Positions 1-13,894 of a stretch of 64,000 nt of DNA are shown here, piece by piece. This DNA is from Chlorokybus atmophyticus (lineage: Eukaryota > Plantae > Mesostigma and Chlorokybus algae): the NCBI GenBank assembly GCA_009103225.1, contig RHPI01002503.1:811585-875584 (forward strand). Direction: 5' to 3'. The translations under genes and the position numbers were made by a program. How positions within the stretch are numbered: the first letter of the stretch is position 1; each line of letters opens with the position of its first letter. The notes under the pieces are model-generated. The model did no database searches and was not told where the DNA came from. It saw nothing but the letters and a program-made list of their open reading frames with translations.

Positions 1-3000
1 TGCTTACCAGCTCAGCATTCAACTGGCTCATGAGGCGCCATTACCTGCTGACCAGTGTCGTCCATTCCATGAGGCATACGTTGTAGCCTTGTTCAATGAA
101 ACCGATGCAGATAAAGGGGGACCAGTTGCAGCCACTAGTGCACTGGACGCGCTTGGTGAGGAAGCTGTTCGGGTTGCCTTGGCAGCCTTAAGCAAACTTA
201 GCGACCTGCGCTTTAAGTTCCTGCTGGTGAGCCTTCAGGTTACAACAATTGGATTTGTGTTACATATGTGGCTGTTGGCGTGAAGCTCTGCGTGTCCGCA
301 GGTACACTATCTGCTCACTGCACAGCAACATGCCCTTACACAGCAACAGTTGAAGAAGCTCAAACGATTTCGACTTGGCCTCAAGGCCGTGATGTCACTT
401 CCACAATTGTGGCGTGAAAGGTGTGCAGCGCTGCATGCAGCTCCTCCATTGATCTTGGAAAGTCTGCTGATGTGGCAACAGCTCAGTCCTGCGCAGAAGG
501 TAGACATGTAAGACTTTCAAGTTTCAGCATGTGTGGTCGGGCACATCCATTTACGTGTGCATATGCCTGTGTTGCCAGCAAGTCCAGTGGCTGACAGTTG
601 TTCCGTGCAGCTGCTGCAGGATTTCCCAGAGTTGCAAGATGACTCGCTCATCAGCTTGTATGCAGCCAAAGCTCTGTCATTTGAGTATGCTGCGCTGCCC
701 ACCAGCGCGGTTCGCAGCTTGTCAGACAACACCATGGCAACTGATGTACAAGAGCTGAGTGACAGCTCTGACGACGCTGATGAGCCATTGATGCTACCTC
801 CAACCGATGCCTGGGAGATTATGTCTAGGACTCATGGAGGTGTTGTCGCTGCATTGGAGGCAGCTGCCGAGCTGGTCTCCGGTGGCTATCCTAGCCCCAG
901 TTCAAGCTGGGGCCCAGCTGTGCGCGCTGAAGGTGCTGTGACCTCAAATGATATTTTGCGCCAGTCATTCAACTATCGTAGTGCTCCAAACACGACCCTG
1001 TTCAAGGTATACCACTATGCTATACTATATACTAGCCACCAAACCTCTGTCCCGTGTGTGTTCCTGCGTAACTGCTCTGTCGCCGGCAGGCGTTGCTTGA
1101 CCTGTGCTCCAGTCGCGCTGTAGCAGCACGTGCAGCTGCAAGTATTTGTGAGTATCTGGCATGGTCGCTGTTATCAACAGATCGCATAGCGGCTTCCGCA
1201 TCTGATGCTCAGCTGGAGACCGCACTTGACGCAGCGGAGGTCATGCTGCAGGTAGTACTGCTCGCTACTGGACTTGCAGTGGAAGCACGGTTGCCACTTT
1301 ACGCCTGAAGTTGTCATCTCTTCTGTCTTGCAGGGGCTGGAGTACGCCAAGGAGCAGTACTTGCTAGCCGCAACTGAAACTTTTGGCTCTTCTGTTCATA
1401 CTGCAGCAGAGGCGACTGCCACTGAGTATCTCTTGTCCAAGTTGCAGCTGGTGCACAAGTTGTTGGGCTCTGGTGTTGCTGTTGCCATTGATGACATTGA
1501 GCATGGCGAACAACTGCTAGAGAGGCTTGTGGCTGGCGAGCGGTACAGCTTGGCCATATATGCTTGCAGCAAGTGCGAGGTGAGTGTCAGACGTTTGCGG
1601 ATGTGAGAGGGGCTTGTCTAATAAATGTGTGTGCAATCAGTGGGATGCGTATCCAGTATGGCGTGCATGGGGCAATTCGCTGCTTGCAACCAGCCAGTTT
1701 GCAGCGGCACGTAGCAAATTCCAGCAAGCTATTCGCTTGCGGCCTGGCCATGATGAAACGGTGTTTCAAACAGTGGAGCTGCTTGAAGGACCTCCTCCTC
1801 TGCAGTTGTATGCTGTACGCATGCACGCGCAGGTAACTGTGCAACATTGCAAAACCCGGTGCAAAGTCGTGGCAGACTGTTGTCGGCATATAATGTCGAG
1901 AATGTGGAGAGTGTTGGTTCGGTTGAGCACATACTGAACAGGTCCATGCTGCAGGCCTTGGACAGAAGCTTCTCCTTCAAGCCGCATGATGCACTGGACG
2001 CTGCTGGCTACCTGAGCGTGTTGTGTTTGCCAGGGACTGGGGTGGCAGACAGTGCTTTAGGCACAAACGTCGTGTTTGGTATCTCCACCGACGCGTTCGA
2101 TCTGCATCAGCTGAAGGAAGCGGCGTACATTGAAGGGTTGCAGTATCTTAAGGACTATGCCCCTGCGCATGTGATGCCATATGTCTTTCGGCATGGACGC
2201 TATGCAGCTGGGTGCGAGCTGTTTTTGCCGGGAGACAGTGATGCAAACACCGATACTGTGTTTGGAACAATCGAGGAGCTGTGCCAGTTTTGCATTGGCC
2301 ATCAAGCAATGCCTGAGTTATTGCAAGCGATTGGGAGATTTTCAGCATCAACAACGGCGCCAGTCATTGAGCGTGTTGGCAAGTACTTGACGCGTCACCA
2401 GCATTATCATCTCCTGCACGATCTGCAAATGCTTGTCAATGACAAGGGCGGTGCCGGATTGACATCTGTGCAACTCTTCCTCAACACCAAGGACCTGGTC
2501 ACGGCGTGTGCCTACCTCACGCGTGCACAGCAACTCTTTGATGATGAGCTCGCTGACAGGTTGCAGCACAGGGCTTCCTCCTCCACAGGCAATCTTACTG
2601 ATGAGGAGCTCATCGCCTACAGTCGCCGTGCTGGGCTGCAGAAGGAGGTGTTGACCACACTCAACAGCACACCGGCTAAAGTCAGCGTGTTCGGTGATGC
2701 AAGGCAGCCACATGTTCACAAGCGGCTATGTGCCATCACACAGCTTCTGCTAGAGAAAAACTTCGACTTGGGCTTTCAGATGATGTACGACTTTGTGTTG
2801 CCGCCAGTTGAAGTATACTGTGGTGCCGCTCAAGTGATGGTGAGAAACAAGAACGATCCAGGACTAGCTGTTCTGTTTCGCAACATCCGTGGAACTGTCG
2901 GCGACGAAGATCGTGACCAGGTTGGCTGCACAACTGTCGCGCATCCTACCTGCTAACTGCAATGCCTTTAGGTGACCCACCCCCTGTGTCTCGCAGATCT

Positions 3001-3344
3001 TGCAAGCTGCAATAGACGCTTATCTTGAGTGCAAAGAGCTGCAGAAAGCTGACAAGCTCATTGGGCAGTTGTCGCTTGACACCAACAAAGTTCATGCCTT
3101 CCTGGCGTCTGGAAAGCTTAGGCAAGCTTACGAGTTGGCATCAAAGCGGGGGTATGTCGCAGAAGTCAAGGTAACAAAGTTCACATCAGTTCATCTTCTT
3201 TGTGGTGTACATATGTCAATCAGGTTACTCACTTGGGCAATCTAGGCTATCTTTGCCGAAGCAACCAACTGCGGACGGTCGCAACAGCAAGTGGCTGACC
3301 TATGCGCCAAGTACCTAAAGGCCATCGATTCAAGGAGACGGTGA
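1..3344 (+). CDS. ZFYVE26: Spastizin (ZFYVE26/SPG15) C-terminal region; 5'-partial, multi-exon
   Basis: Spliced translation contains GERYSLAIYACSKC..WDAYPVWRAWGNSLL..ARSKFQQA and NFDLGFQMMYDFVLPPVEVYCG..LFRNIRGTVGDEDRDQ..KLRQAYELASKRGYVAEVK..ADLCAKYL. This matches, from recall, the conserved C-terminus of plant and animal spastizin. GT-AG introns; TGA at 3342-3344. Confidence 0.85.
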
Positions 3345-3379
3345 CTTCCTAAGTGCCCATGTCTTGGATGGGCTCAACC

Positions 3380-3429
3380 GGGGGGGGGGGGGGGGGNNNN
3401 NNNNNNNNGGGGGGGGGGGGGGGGGGGGG
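3380..3429. other. Poly-G run around a 12-N gap (likely assembly artefact)
   Basis: G homopolymers flank Ns at 3397-3408. Confidence 0.8.
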
Positions 3430-4439
3430 ACCATTGCCCTTCATGTGGACCTCAAGGTCGTTGGCGCTTGGTCAACAGTGCAGTGTGTACATAATGTTGA
3501 TGTTGCACACATCAGTCAGCCTCATTGCAGATTTGGTACAACAGAGATACACCTATGGCTGGAATGCGTGATGCCAAAGTGACAACTTGCACTGGGTTCC
3601 ATGTTATTGTAAATGATAGCTTTGCAAGCTTGTGCAATCTCGTTAGGCTTGGTCAACAACACAGCACAGCAGCACCCTTTTGTACAGTGTCCATATAATG
3701 CAATGTGTGCAACCGCGCATGCATTGGGTATGCAATCATCATCACAACAATTGTGCATGTCACAACTACATACACAGAGACGCCAGCAAGCCGTGGATGT
3801 CTGCCGTACATGTCTGCCGTAAATGCATGCGAACTCAAAACCCTAGCATGCAGAAGGACGGGTGAAGGTGGGGCGGCGGTGGAGGGGAGAGCGGGGAGGA
3901 GGAGTCCATTGAGTCGTCGTCAAGTGTCGCTGCAAGGGCTGGCCGCTAACCACAGCCGCTGTGCAGGTGACTACCATGACTGCCAGTGATGCATGCATGA
4001 CTAACAAGGGGGGCAGTAGCAATAGAGGTAGAGTAGCGACATAGTTAGCCCGGTGGTCGTGCATGCGGCATTGAGGTGCAATGGGTGTGTTGCATGTCAT
4101 GCATAGCGTTAGAATGCATGCTTCTAACAGCCTCGTGCTTATCATGTACATACCATGCCCTGGTGGTCTCGTGGGGGCCAGCCCATGCCAGAGGCAAGTC
4201 GGGTTAGCTTATGCTGTTGCAGAAAGCGCCCGGCTACCCTATGCTTCAGCATAGGTAGTGTTCAGCACTTGCTGAGTGCGATGCATGTGTGCATGCATAA
4301 TAGTGGGTGCTCGACCGGGGGCACCATGCATGCCTAGGTGCAGGTAAGTAGCATATGTAGCGCCCGCCCTTGTTGGCCATGCATGGCAGTGCCGCCTTGA
4401 ACAACGATGCGAAGCGCACGTGGCTTATCTGCTATACAG

Positions 4440-4704
4440 ATAGGTCACCATCATCGATGATCGCGCAAATGGGACGACCGACAATCGGCCGTCACCTTAA
4501 AGTGCGGTGTTGCCGTCACAGGCAGGCCGCCGTCGATTGTACTTATCGGTCGACCGCTTGCCGTCGGTATATGTTGCTTGATAATAACGGCCGTCTTGAA
4601 AAGTCCCTTTATGGACCAATCCGTTAAATCAGGTACGGTTAGGCAGGGTCAGGCACCCAGCAGTCCCTCAGTCCCTTGTCAGTCACCGTGTAAACTTTGC
4701 GACG
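4440..4704 (+). repeat. Dispersed repeat family A, copy 1 (GCCG/CGGC motif array plus a conserved ~100 bp end)
   Basis: 4602-4704 (agtccctttatgg..agggtcaggcacccagcagtccctcagtc..ccgtgt..tttgcgacg) aligns with 8456-8558. Confidence 0.7.
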
Positions 4705-5013
4705 ACTAGTGTACATGCTACCGTAGGTGGCACCCTTGCCTACACACTCGTGCACACGCACAACGAGTGCTACACAAGGGGAGGCAACACACCTTGTAAG
4801 CTTGATAATGAAGAGCGTTGGCACCCCCTTGAATGGCCTCTCACACGATCATCCCACTAAGATGACCCATACGAGCGCGCACACCAAGCCAGTGACACCA
4901 ACCCAAGCAGCAATGCCTTGAGCGCTCATACTAGCTCATTTATACCCTTTTCGCTTATCTAATCCTCAAAGGTAGTGGGTGTCTCCACTGATGGTGCCTC
5001 ATTCGGACCCTAG

Positions 5014-5564
5014 TGTAATCAAAGGCGGCCAACCAACTTGTGGCATGTAATTTCAACTCATTTATTGATTATTCACACCAATCATTTTCAAGAGTTTCTC
5101 ACTCATGAGTGTGATCAACCAATAAGATTGTAAGAGAATCGCATCGAATTGTCTTATGTATCTTGTGCCACATAAGACATCTTTTAGAGATAAGTAGTGC
5201 TTTACTACTTGTTCTCGAATTATTCTTTACTCTAGAACAGCTACACGGCCTTCTCTTGCCTGTAGCTTAGCGGCTAACTCCTACGCCACTGTCTAGTAGC
5301 GCGTCGTCGCGCCCTCGGCGTGACGCCTACCGCGCTAACAGTCACGCCGCGTGACTGCCACGTGCGACTTGCCGCGTTAGTGTGACTGCCGCGCGACTTG
5401 GCGCGTGACGCAGGGCCCGCAAGACTACCAACTCGGGTACCTTCACTATTGGAACTAATGCGTGCTAAGTTACTCTATTGTAAACCACCTTGTCAACTTG
5501 GCAAGGCCAACAACTTACTAGAGTAAAAGAACACGACTTCGTGCTTCCAGCGCTATAGGTAACA
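5014..5564. repeat. Possible degenerate solo LTR
   Basis: Non-coding, ends in ..GGTAACA, has TGTAA candidate starts and an internal gcgtgac-type motif array (5296-5410). No TSD found and the left boundary is uncertain. Confidence 0.25.
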
Positions 5565-5630
5565 GTTGAACTGAGGTCTGATGCACCAGTTGCATGCCGC
5601 AGGACCTGTTGAGTCAGACATTGTCCCCCA

Positions 5631-7598
<1,968 letters not shown>

Positions 7599-7599
7599 N

Positions 7600-7895
7600 C
7601 CTGCGCCGCCGCTCCTCCTCCGCTTGGCCTGGTCGGCAAGAAGGGCGTCAACACAACGGCATCATACACACACATACAAAGAAACTCACCTACCATGCCG
7701 CCGCCGCCGCCGCCGCCGCCGCCGCCTGTAAGAAGGGCGGGTTGCGCTGTTGCACTTAACATAACGCCATCATGCACATGCAACTCAACTACTATGTGTA
7801 CACACATATACACAAACTCACCAACCGTGCCGCCGCCGCCGCCGCCGCCACCACCGCCGCCGCCACCGCTGCCATCGCCGCCGCCGCCGCACAAC
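7600..7895 (-). other. Gly-rich small exons separated by two homologous short introns (gene fragment)
   Basis: Minus strand: (GGC)n-ACGGTTG|GTGAGT..TTACAG| 36 nt exon (7690-7725) |GTGAGT..CCAG|. The introns at 7726-7821 and 7629-7689 share sequence blocks. Confidence 0.4.
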
Positions 7896-8179
7896 TATGT
7901 TTGTAAATGAAGCCGTTGAGCGTAAATGAAGCTGCTGCGTTTCAAACGCTATGCAATGTCTTCAAGTTCAATGGTATAGTCGTACCACTAAAATGGTACA
8001 ACAGCACGTTGTACCATTGAATGATGAGTACCGTATAGGGTACTTTGATGGGACTGTTGTACCATCGCAATGGTACTATTGTTCCATTAAGTGTGCCGAG
8101 TATAACGAACCGGACTGACAGGTACTCGCCGCCATTGCTCGTCCCTCTTAGGAGACTTAATTGAGATTGAGTGGTCACT

Positions 8180-8558
8180 TGCTTGCCAATGTAGGTTAGT
8201 TGCCGCCGCGGCTTATGTACGGCCGACGGCCGGCCGCGGGTCAACTCCGACTTACCGGTATCGACCGCCGCCATTAGGGGCCTGAATATACACTTAATTG
8301 CCATTACAGGTAGGTCGCCGTTACGGAAGCAGTGTGACCGGCGGTCGGCCGTTAAAATATGTTAGTGTCACGTCATTATCGGTAGGCAACAGTCCACTGT
8401 ACGATCGGCGGTCGGCAATTAATTATTGTCCACAATACGCACCGGCAGTTTATTTAGTCCCTTTGTGGCCCAAATCGTTGGGTCCGTTAGGGTCAGATAG
8501 GGTCAGGCATCCAACAGTCCCTTAGTCTCTCGTCAGTTACCGTGTGTCATTTGCGACG
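8180..8558 (+). repeat. Dispersed repeat family A, copy 2
   Basis: GCCG/CGGC motif array followed by the conserved end 8456-8558, which aligns with 4602-4704. Confidence 0.7.
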
Positions 8559-8729
8559 TGAGTAGGCTTGCTTACTATATACGATTTAGCGGCATGCTTT
8601 TAGACTGAAACTGGCAGCACGCAGCTGTACAGATATGAGCATGTGGGGCCGCAAATAGCTACTCTGTCAAAACATGTGTTCGTTGACAATGTCTATGCAT
8701 GTGGCTCGGTACTTGTGCTGCATGCTCTT

Positions 8730-10740
8730 GCTCCTGTTGCGCCTGCTTTGATGCACTAGGGGCTGGCTTGCTAACCGCTTCGAATGCTTGCGTGCTTGTG
8801 CAACCTGTGCAAATGACGCAAAGCTTGTGCTTAGAGCCACAATGCAACTTTTTAATGACAACTGGCATGTTGCCTTGTACCACTCGACTTGTATCGCATG
8901 CATCCCGAGCAAACACTGCGGCACACATGGAGCGAGGATATTCCGGTGTCTGTGCTTCACAGACACAGTGCAACCTTGCCTTAACGCATTGCGTCACAGC
9001 TCTGCAGCATGCAGTAGCTTTGGGCTTGCATGAAAGCAGCTCATCATGGTGTACATCTCGTAGTCAAAGCAACACCCTGCCAACAATGTTAATTGACTGA
9101 GTGTCAATGCGCAGCATCGCCGTTCTAGCACCGGTAGACTGTAACCCAGATACAGTTACCCCTTCTATTCTCCTTCTCCATCTCCTTCTCGCACGCTCGG
9201 CCCGCACGCAAAGTACAAGAACCTGTTGCCTTTGCCATCAAAGAGGACGATGCCCGCGTCGTGCAGATGCACGCGCCGGGGCGCCATGGGGTACCGTCCA
9301 TTGTGACAAATGCAAGCGTGCGGGGAGCAGCGAGGCGGGTGCGTGGTGGCTTGCGCGACAATCGGTGCTTTATTTTTCTTGCGCGCGCATTCAGTAGTTC
9401 ACCATGCCTCTTCGCCAGTTTCACAGCACCGCTCCGGACCGCATGCCCACCAGCACTCTGTGAGGGTGCTAGCTGTGCATACTCTCTCGCCTCCCCCAAG
9501 TGCACCTATCAAAGAACGGGGGAGGGTGAGCATGATGGTGGCTGTTGGTCGTCAGTAGCGTGTATACGGCACAACCTCACCTCTTGCAAGCACGCGGTGG
9601 AGGCCTTGTCAAACACTCTCAAGCGTTGGGTGTTGACGACGATGAGACAAGTCCTTGGCAACTCTACAGTCAGCACCCTGTGGTGAGAGGCGTACTTCTC
9701 CCACGCAGACTGCTGATGCCGTACGTTTATTGTAACTGGTTGCCATCCCTGCCCTCGAATGAGGAGACATTGTCTGCGGAATCCAGCAAGTCGTTGAGTC
9801 GCACATCCGACAAGATTGCCAGATCCTGTACAAGCACACCAGGTTACATTGGCAACAAACAACCACACACATGTGAGAGTGCTTATACTGACAATGTAAC
9901 GCATGACATCACCAGACATCTACAGCATACACATACCACTGGACACTTGGCAGCTTAAGCAAAAGCCTGCTTAAGCTTGCTCAAGCGCATGCTCACCTGG
10001 AGTGTGCTATGAATGTTGCTACGCCGGCCAACCTTGATGAGGGACGTAGCGTACACTTTCGCGTCCTTTCGCTTGGTTGAACAACTCGCTGCTCCGTTGT
10101 TGCCCTTCTCCACCTTGCTGATCGCGCGCTTTCCACGCCTCGCGCAAGCACCCAGTGGGCCGCATGTGCCTAGCAGTGCCGCACAACATCTGACCGTAAG
10201 GGTCTCGCTTGAGGAAGCTTTCAATGTGGCGGGATCCTGTACGCATGCATGATGTGCATGAAACACAACCGCTCAGGAAAATCATTATGCGATCGCAATG
10301 CTGCATCTTGTACGTGTAACAGATGATCTAGCCAACACATGTACTGCCCCTTCCTCTTTGTTGATGCATACAACAGACCAGGACAAGCACAAACTGAAAC
10401 CAAACCACTAGAACCGCATGACTGCCATAATGAACGCCTTGCGAGACTGCCAACACGTTACGTTGTCTGCGGAAACAGGTGTCTGGACCTGCCTTTGTAG
10501 CAGCCCCTCGGCTGATGGCTACCGAGGTGCCAACCAGGAGCAACGACAACACTCAGTGTCAGTGCCTTGTTTTAGGTTTAATTCTATTGAGCGTTAATCT
10601 CTGATCTTATTAGGAACCCCTCGCCGCTTCTGTCAACTAGTATTAACAATTACACTAGCATGCACGACATGCATGCATGCATGCATGCACGCACGACAAC
10701 CCCAGCCGACTGCGACGCCTCCTGCTTACCATCTACTGTA
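8730..10740 (-). pseudogene. Diverged duplicated segment, copy 1 (unknown intron-containing gene, degenerate)
   Basis: Collinear blocks shared with 13895-16710, e.g. cacctcttgcaagcacgcggtggaggccttgtcaaac vs cacctcctgcaagcacgcgtcggaggccttgtcaaac. Minus-strand peptides WEKYASHHRVLTVEL..RLRVFDKASTACLQE and VHLH..IVLFDGKGNR. Coding strand is inferred. Confidence 0.6.
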
Positions 10741-11034
10741 TACCGCTTGTGTGCTAGGCAGCGCACCACCACCACCGCCGCAGCCGCAGCAAGCTCAGAG
10801 CCAACCTGCCCGAGATGGACGGTGTGTTTGGAGCAGCAATGGCAATTGTCGTAGGCTGTGCGGCGGCGGCGGCGGCGGCGGCGGGAGGGGTTAGGGAGGG
10901 GCTAGGGAGGAGGTGGGAGGTTGCTTGGAGCCCGGCAAGGGCTCCTGTTGGGAACTGCAGGCAGAGGAGGCTGAAGCGGGAGGCGATGGCGGCTGAAGCG
11001 GGAGGGGACGGTACGCATGGCAACACGTCAGGGT

Positions 11035-11649
<615 letters not shown>

Positions 11650-11661
11650 CACAATCACAAG

Positions 11662-13093
11662 GTTGCATGCCTTCAAGGCCAAGTTGGCCCAACACCTTTT
11701 CGCAGCACGACTGCCCCAGAACGGTGGTGCACCAACATCAAGGTGTATTTCCCGGAACCGGAGAAGACTTTCAGCGAGTGGAAGAGCTGCAGTCTCCGGA
11801 ATGCCAATTTGAAAGTGGTATGACATGCTAGTATGCTGGCATTATCTATTTTGGTGGTTGCGTGTGTTGCGTTGGTAGTCATTATATCTTATCTTTCTAT
11901 CTTATGCAGCTAGAAAAGCTCATCACCAAAGCTGGAGGGTTCGCGCTCATACCTCTGGACGAAATGCCAGATGATTGGCATGATTTTGAATCGAAAGTGG
12001 ACATTCAGCCTCTGCCCCTTTTAAACTTGGAGGATGGAGGGTCATATGTCATGGCCGGGGCCGGGTATGACAACCGCTTCATCCAGCAGGTGAGAAGTTC
12101 GTGTTAAACTTCTCACATATGTCCTTGCATGGCATGTCAACGCGGTGCTTGTATTGTCTGCTTCCACCAAGGTCTTACGTATGTCTGTGCGAAATGGTGC
12201 GTTCACTTGCAGGTCCAGACTCATGAGGGCTTCATAAGACGTGAGGCCACCATATAGGAGAACAAAGGCGCGGAACGGGCTGTGGCATTGTTGAAGGATC
12301 TCGGGGACCAAGACGCAAGGCGCCTCTGCCAGCGTATGTTTCGTGACTTGGAAGATGAGGTGCGAACATGTAGTTGTCTCGCAATTGGACAAGTTGTAGC
12401 GAGCCTAACAATTGCCATTGACATTCAGCTTTTAGAGATTGAAGGTGTAGCCATATCGCGCAACCGCGCGGTGATTGTAGAGGCCAAACATGAAGTTTCG
12501 GGCGGCCACGCAAAGAAGTTTGCTCGAAAGATGGCGACTCTAAGGTACTCTGCTGTCTTGTGCATCAGATTACTCAATGTGTGAGGTCACGCGTGTGTTG
12601 TTCACTTCCAATCTCACTATCATTGCTGCTTTTATTTTGGAGGTTTGTGAACGACAAGGTCCCCTCTGCACATCACCTCCAAAACAAGGAGCTGCTGGCA
12701 GTCCTCTACGCGGATTGCGTCACCGCCAACGTTAACGATCAAAGAGAGCTTACCAAGCTCTGCCGGCAGCATAAGATCAAACTTTTGCTGCCCACAGGGG
12801 CGGCCTACGGGACTGGAGACGGGTGTTTCCCATCTCCATATCGGCACAGCACGTCAGTGCCACTTGCCACCCCGACACCCCCTGTGCTGGCGGCAAACCT
12901 AGTCGCTGCCAAGAGCTGGACTCGGCTGGCACCGAGCGTCAAGACACCTGATCGTGTTCGCCGGAACACGCCTGCAAGTGCTCCTCGGGCGACAACGATG
13001 CCGACAACGCGGGCGCGCTCTCTGCTACAAGGGCGCTGGCGGGAACAAGCTGAGGAAGGCTTGATCTTTCTGCGCCGGTGGTTCCGGAGATGA
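11662..13093 (+). pseudogene. PD-(D/E)XK restriction-endonuclease-like protein gene with a premature stop
   Basis: GT-AG exons join in frame: ..NANLKV|LEKLITKAGG..NRFIQQ|VQTHEG..MFRDLEDE|LLEIEGVAISRNRAVIVEAKH..MATLR|FVNDK..KIKLLLPTGAAY. The E-I-E-G..IVEAK motif is nuclease-like. In-frame TAG at 12255-12257. The 5' end is uncertain and may lie in the N gap. Confidence 0.55.
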
Positions 13094-13894
13094 GAGAGTA
13101 ACGCCCGTGCACATTGTGCGGGTGTTTCAGGTACGGAAGCGTGGTAGCGTACGCGCAGAATTTGACGGATGCTCTGCGTGCAGGGCAACAGCTGCTCTCT
13201 TTGTGTTTTGCATGTGAGTCTTATAATCAATGGTTGTCATGTTATAGACGAGCATAAAAGGCTCAGTAGCACCAACTCGATGCATGTCACGCAGGTTCTG
13301 GACGGGTCATGTCACCGTGTCTACGGTGGAAGCATCTGCTTGGAGTCCTTGACGCGCGCGGGCGGGACACCCGCCATGAGTGTGGAGAACTTGCATTGAT
13401 GAGACATGGCCCGTACATTCTATGACCCTGTTTGTGAGCACTATTACTTGACATTTGTGTCTCTGGCCTTCTATCTCCTGCGCATCTACTTGCATCCCCT
13501 CTTGTTCAGGGTGTCCATCTTCTGTTGTTGCCAGCAGCTGTGGGTGCAGGCCTTCACGCAGATCCTTTGCATCAAATTGAAGGCAATGCCAGGCTAGATG
13601 TTGCTAGCAGCCTTGAGTACAGCTTACCCAAGGCCGGAAAGGCGTTTTGCAGCACAGCATGGGCGACAAGCTTGCCATCGGACTCCCATGTCCCATTGGT
13701 TGTTCATGTTGCTCTGTGCAATGGTGTGTAGCATGTTGGCTTGTTCTCCGTAAATTGCAACAATATCCGCAATGAATTGTACAAACACAGCTCCAGTATG
13801 TTGAGGTTGCAAGCAACCGACCAGTCGACACGGTGGTGTTTGAATATTGTCCTTGTGAGTGGGATGACACCTCCAAGTGCTGAACGCTTTTACT

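Noticed and set aside
13290-13600. Coding-like fragment (DMARTFYDPVCEHYYLTF..)
   Set aside because: Broken by stops, short and unidentifiable, so it is not supportable as a feature.
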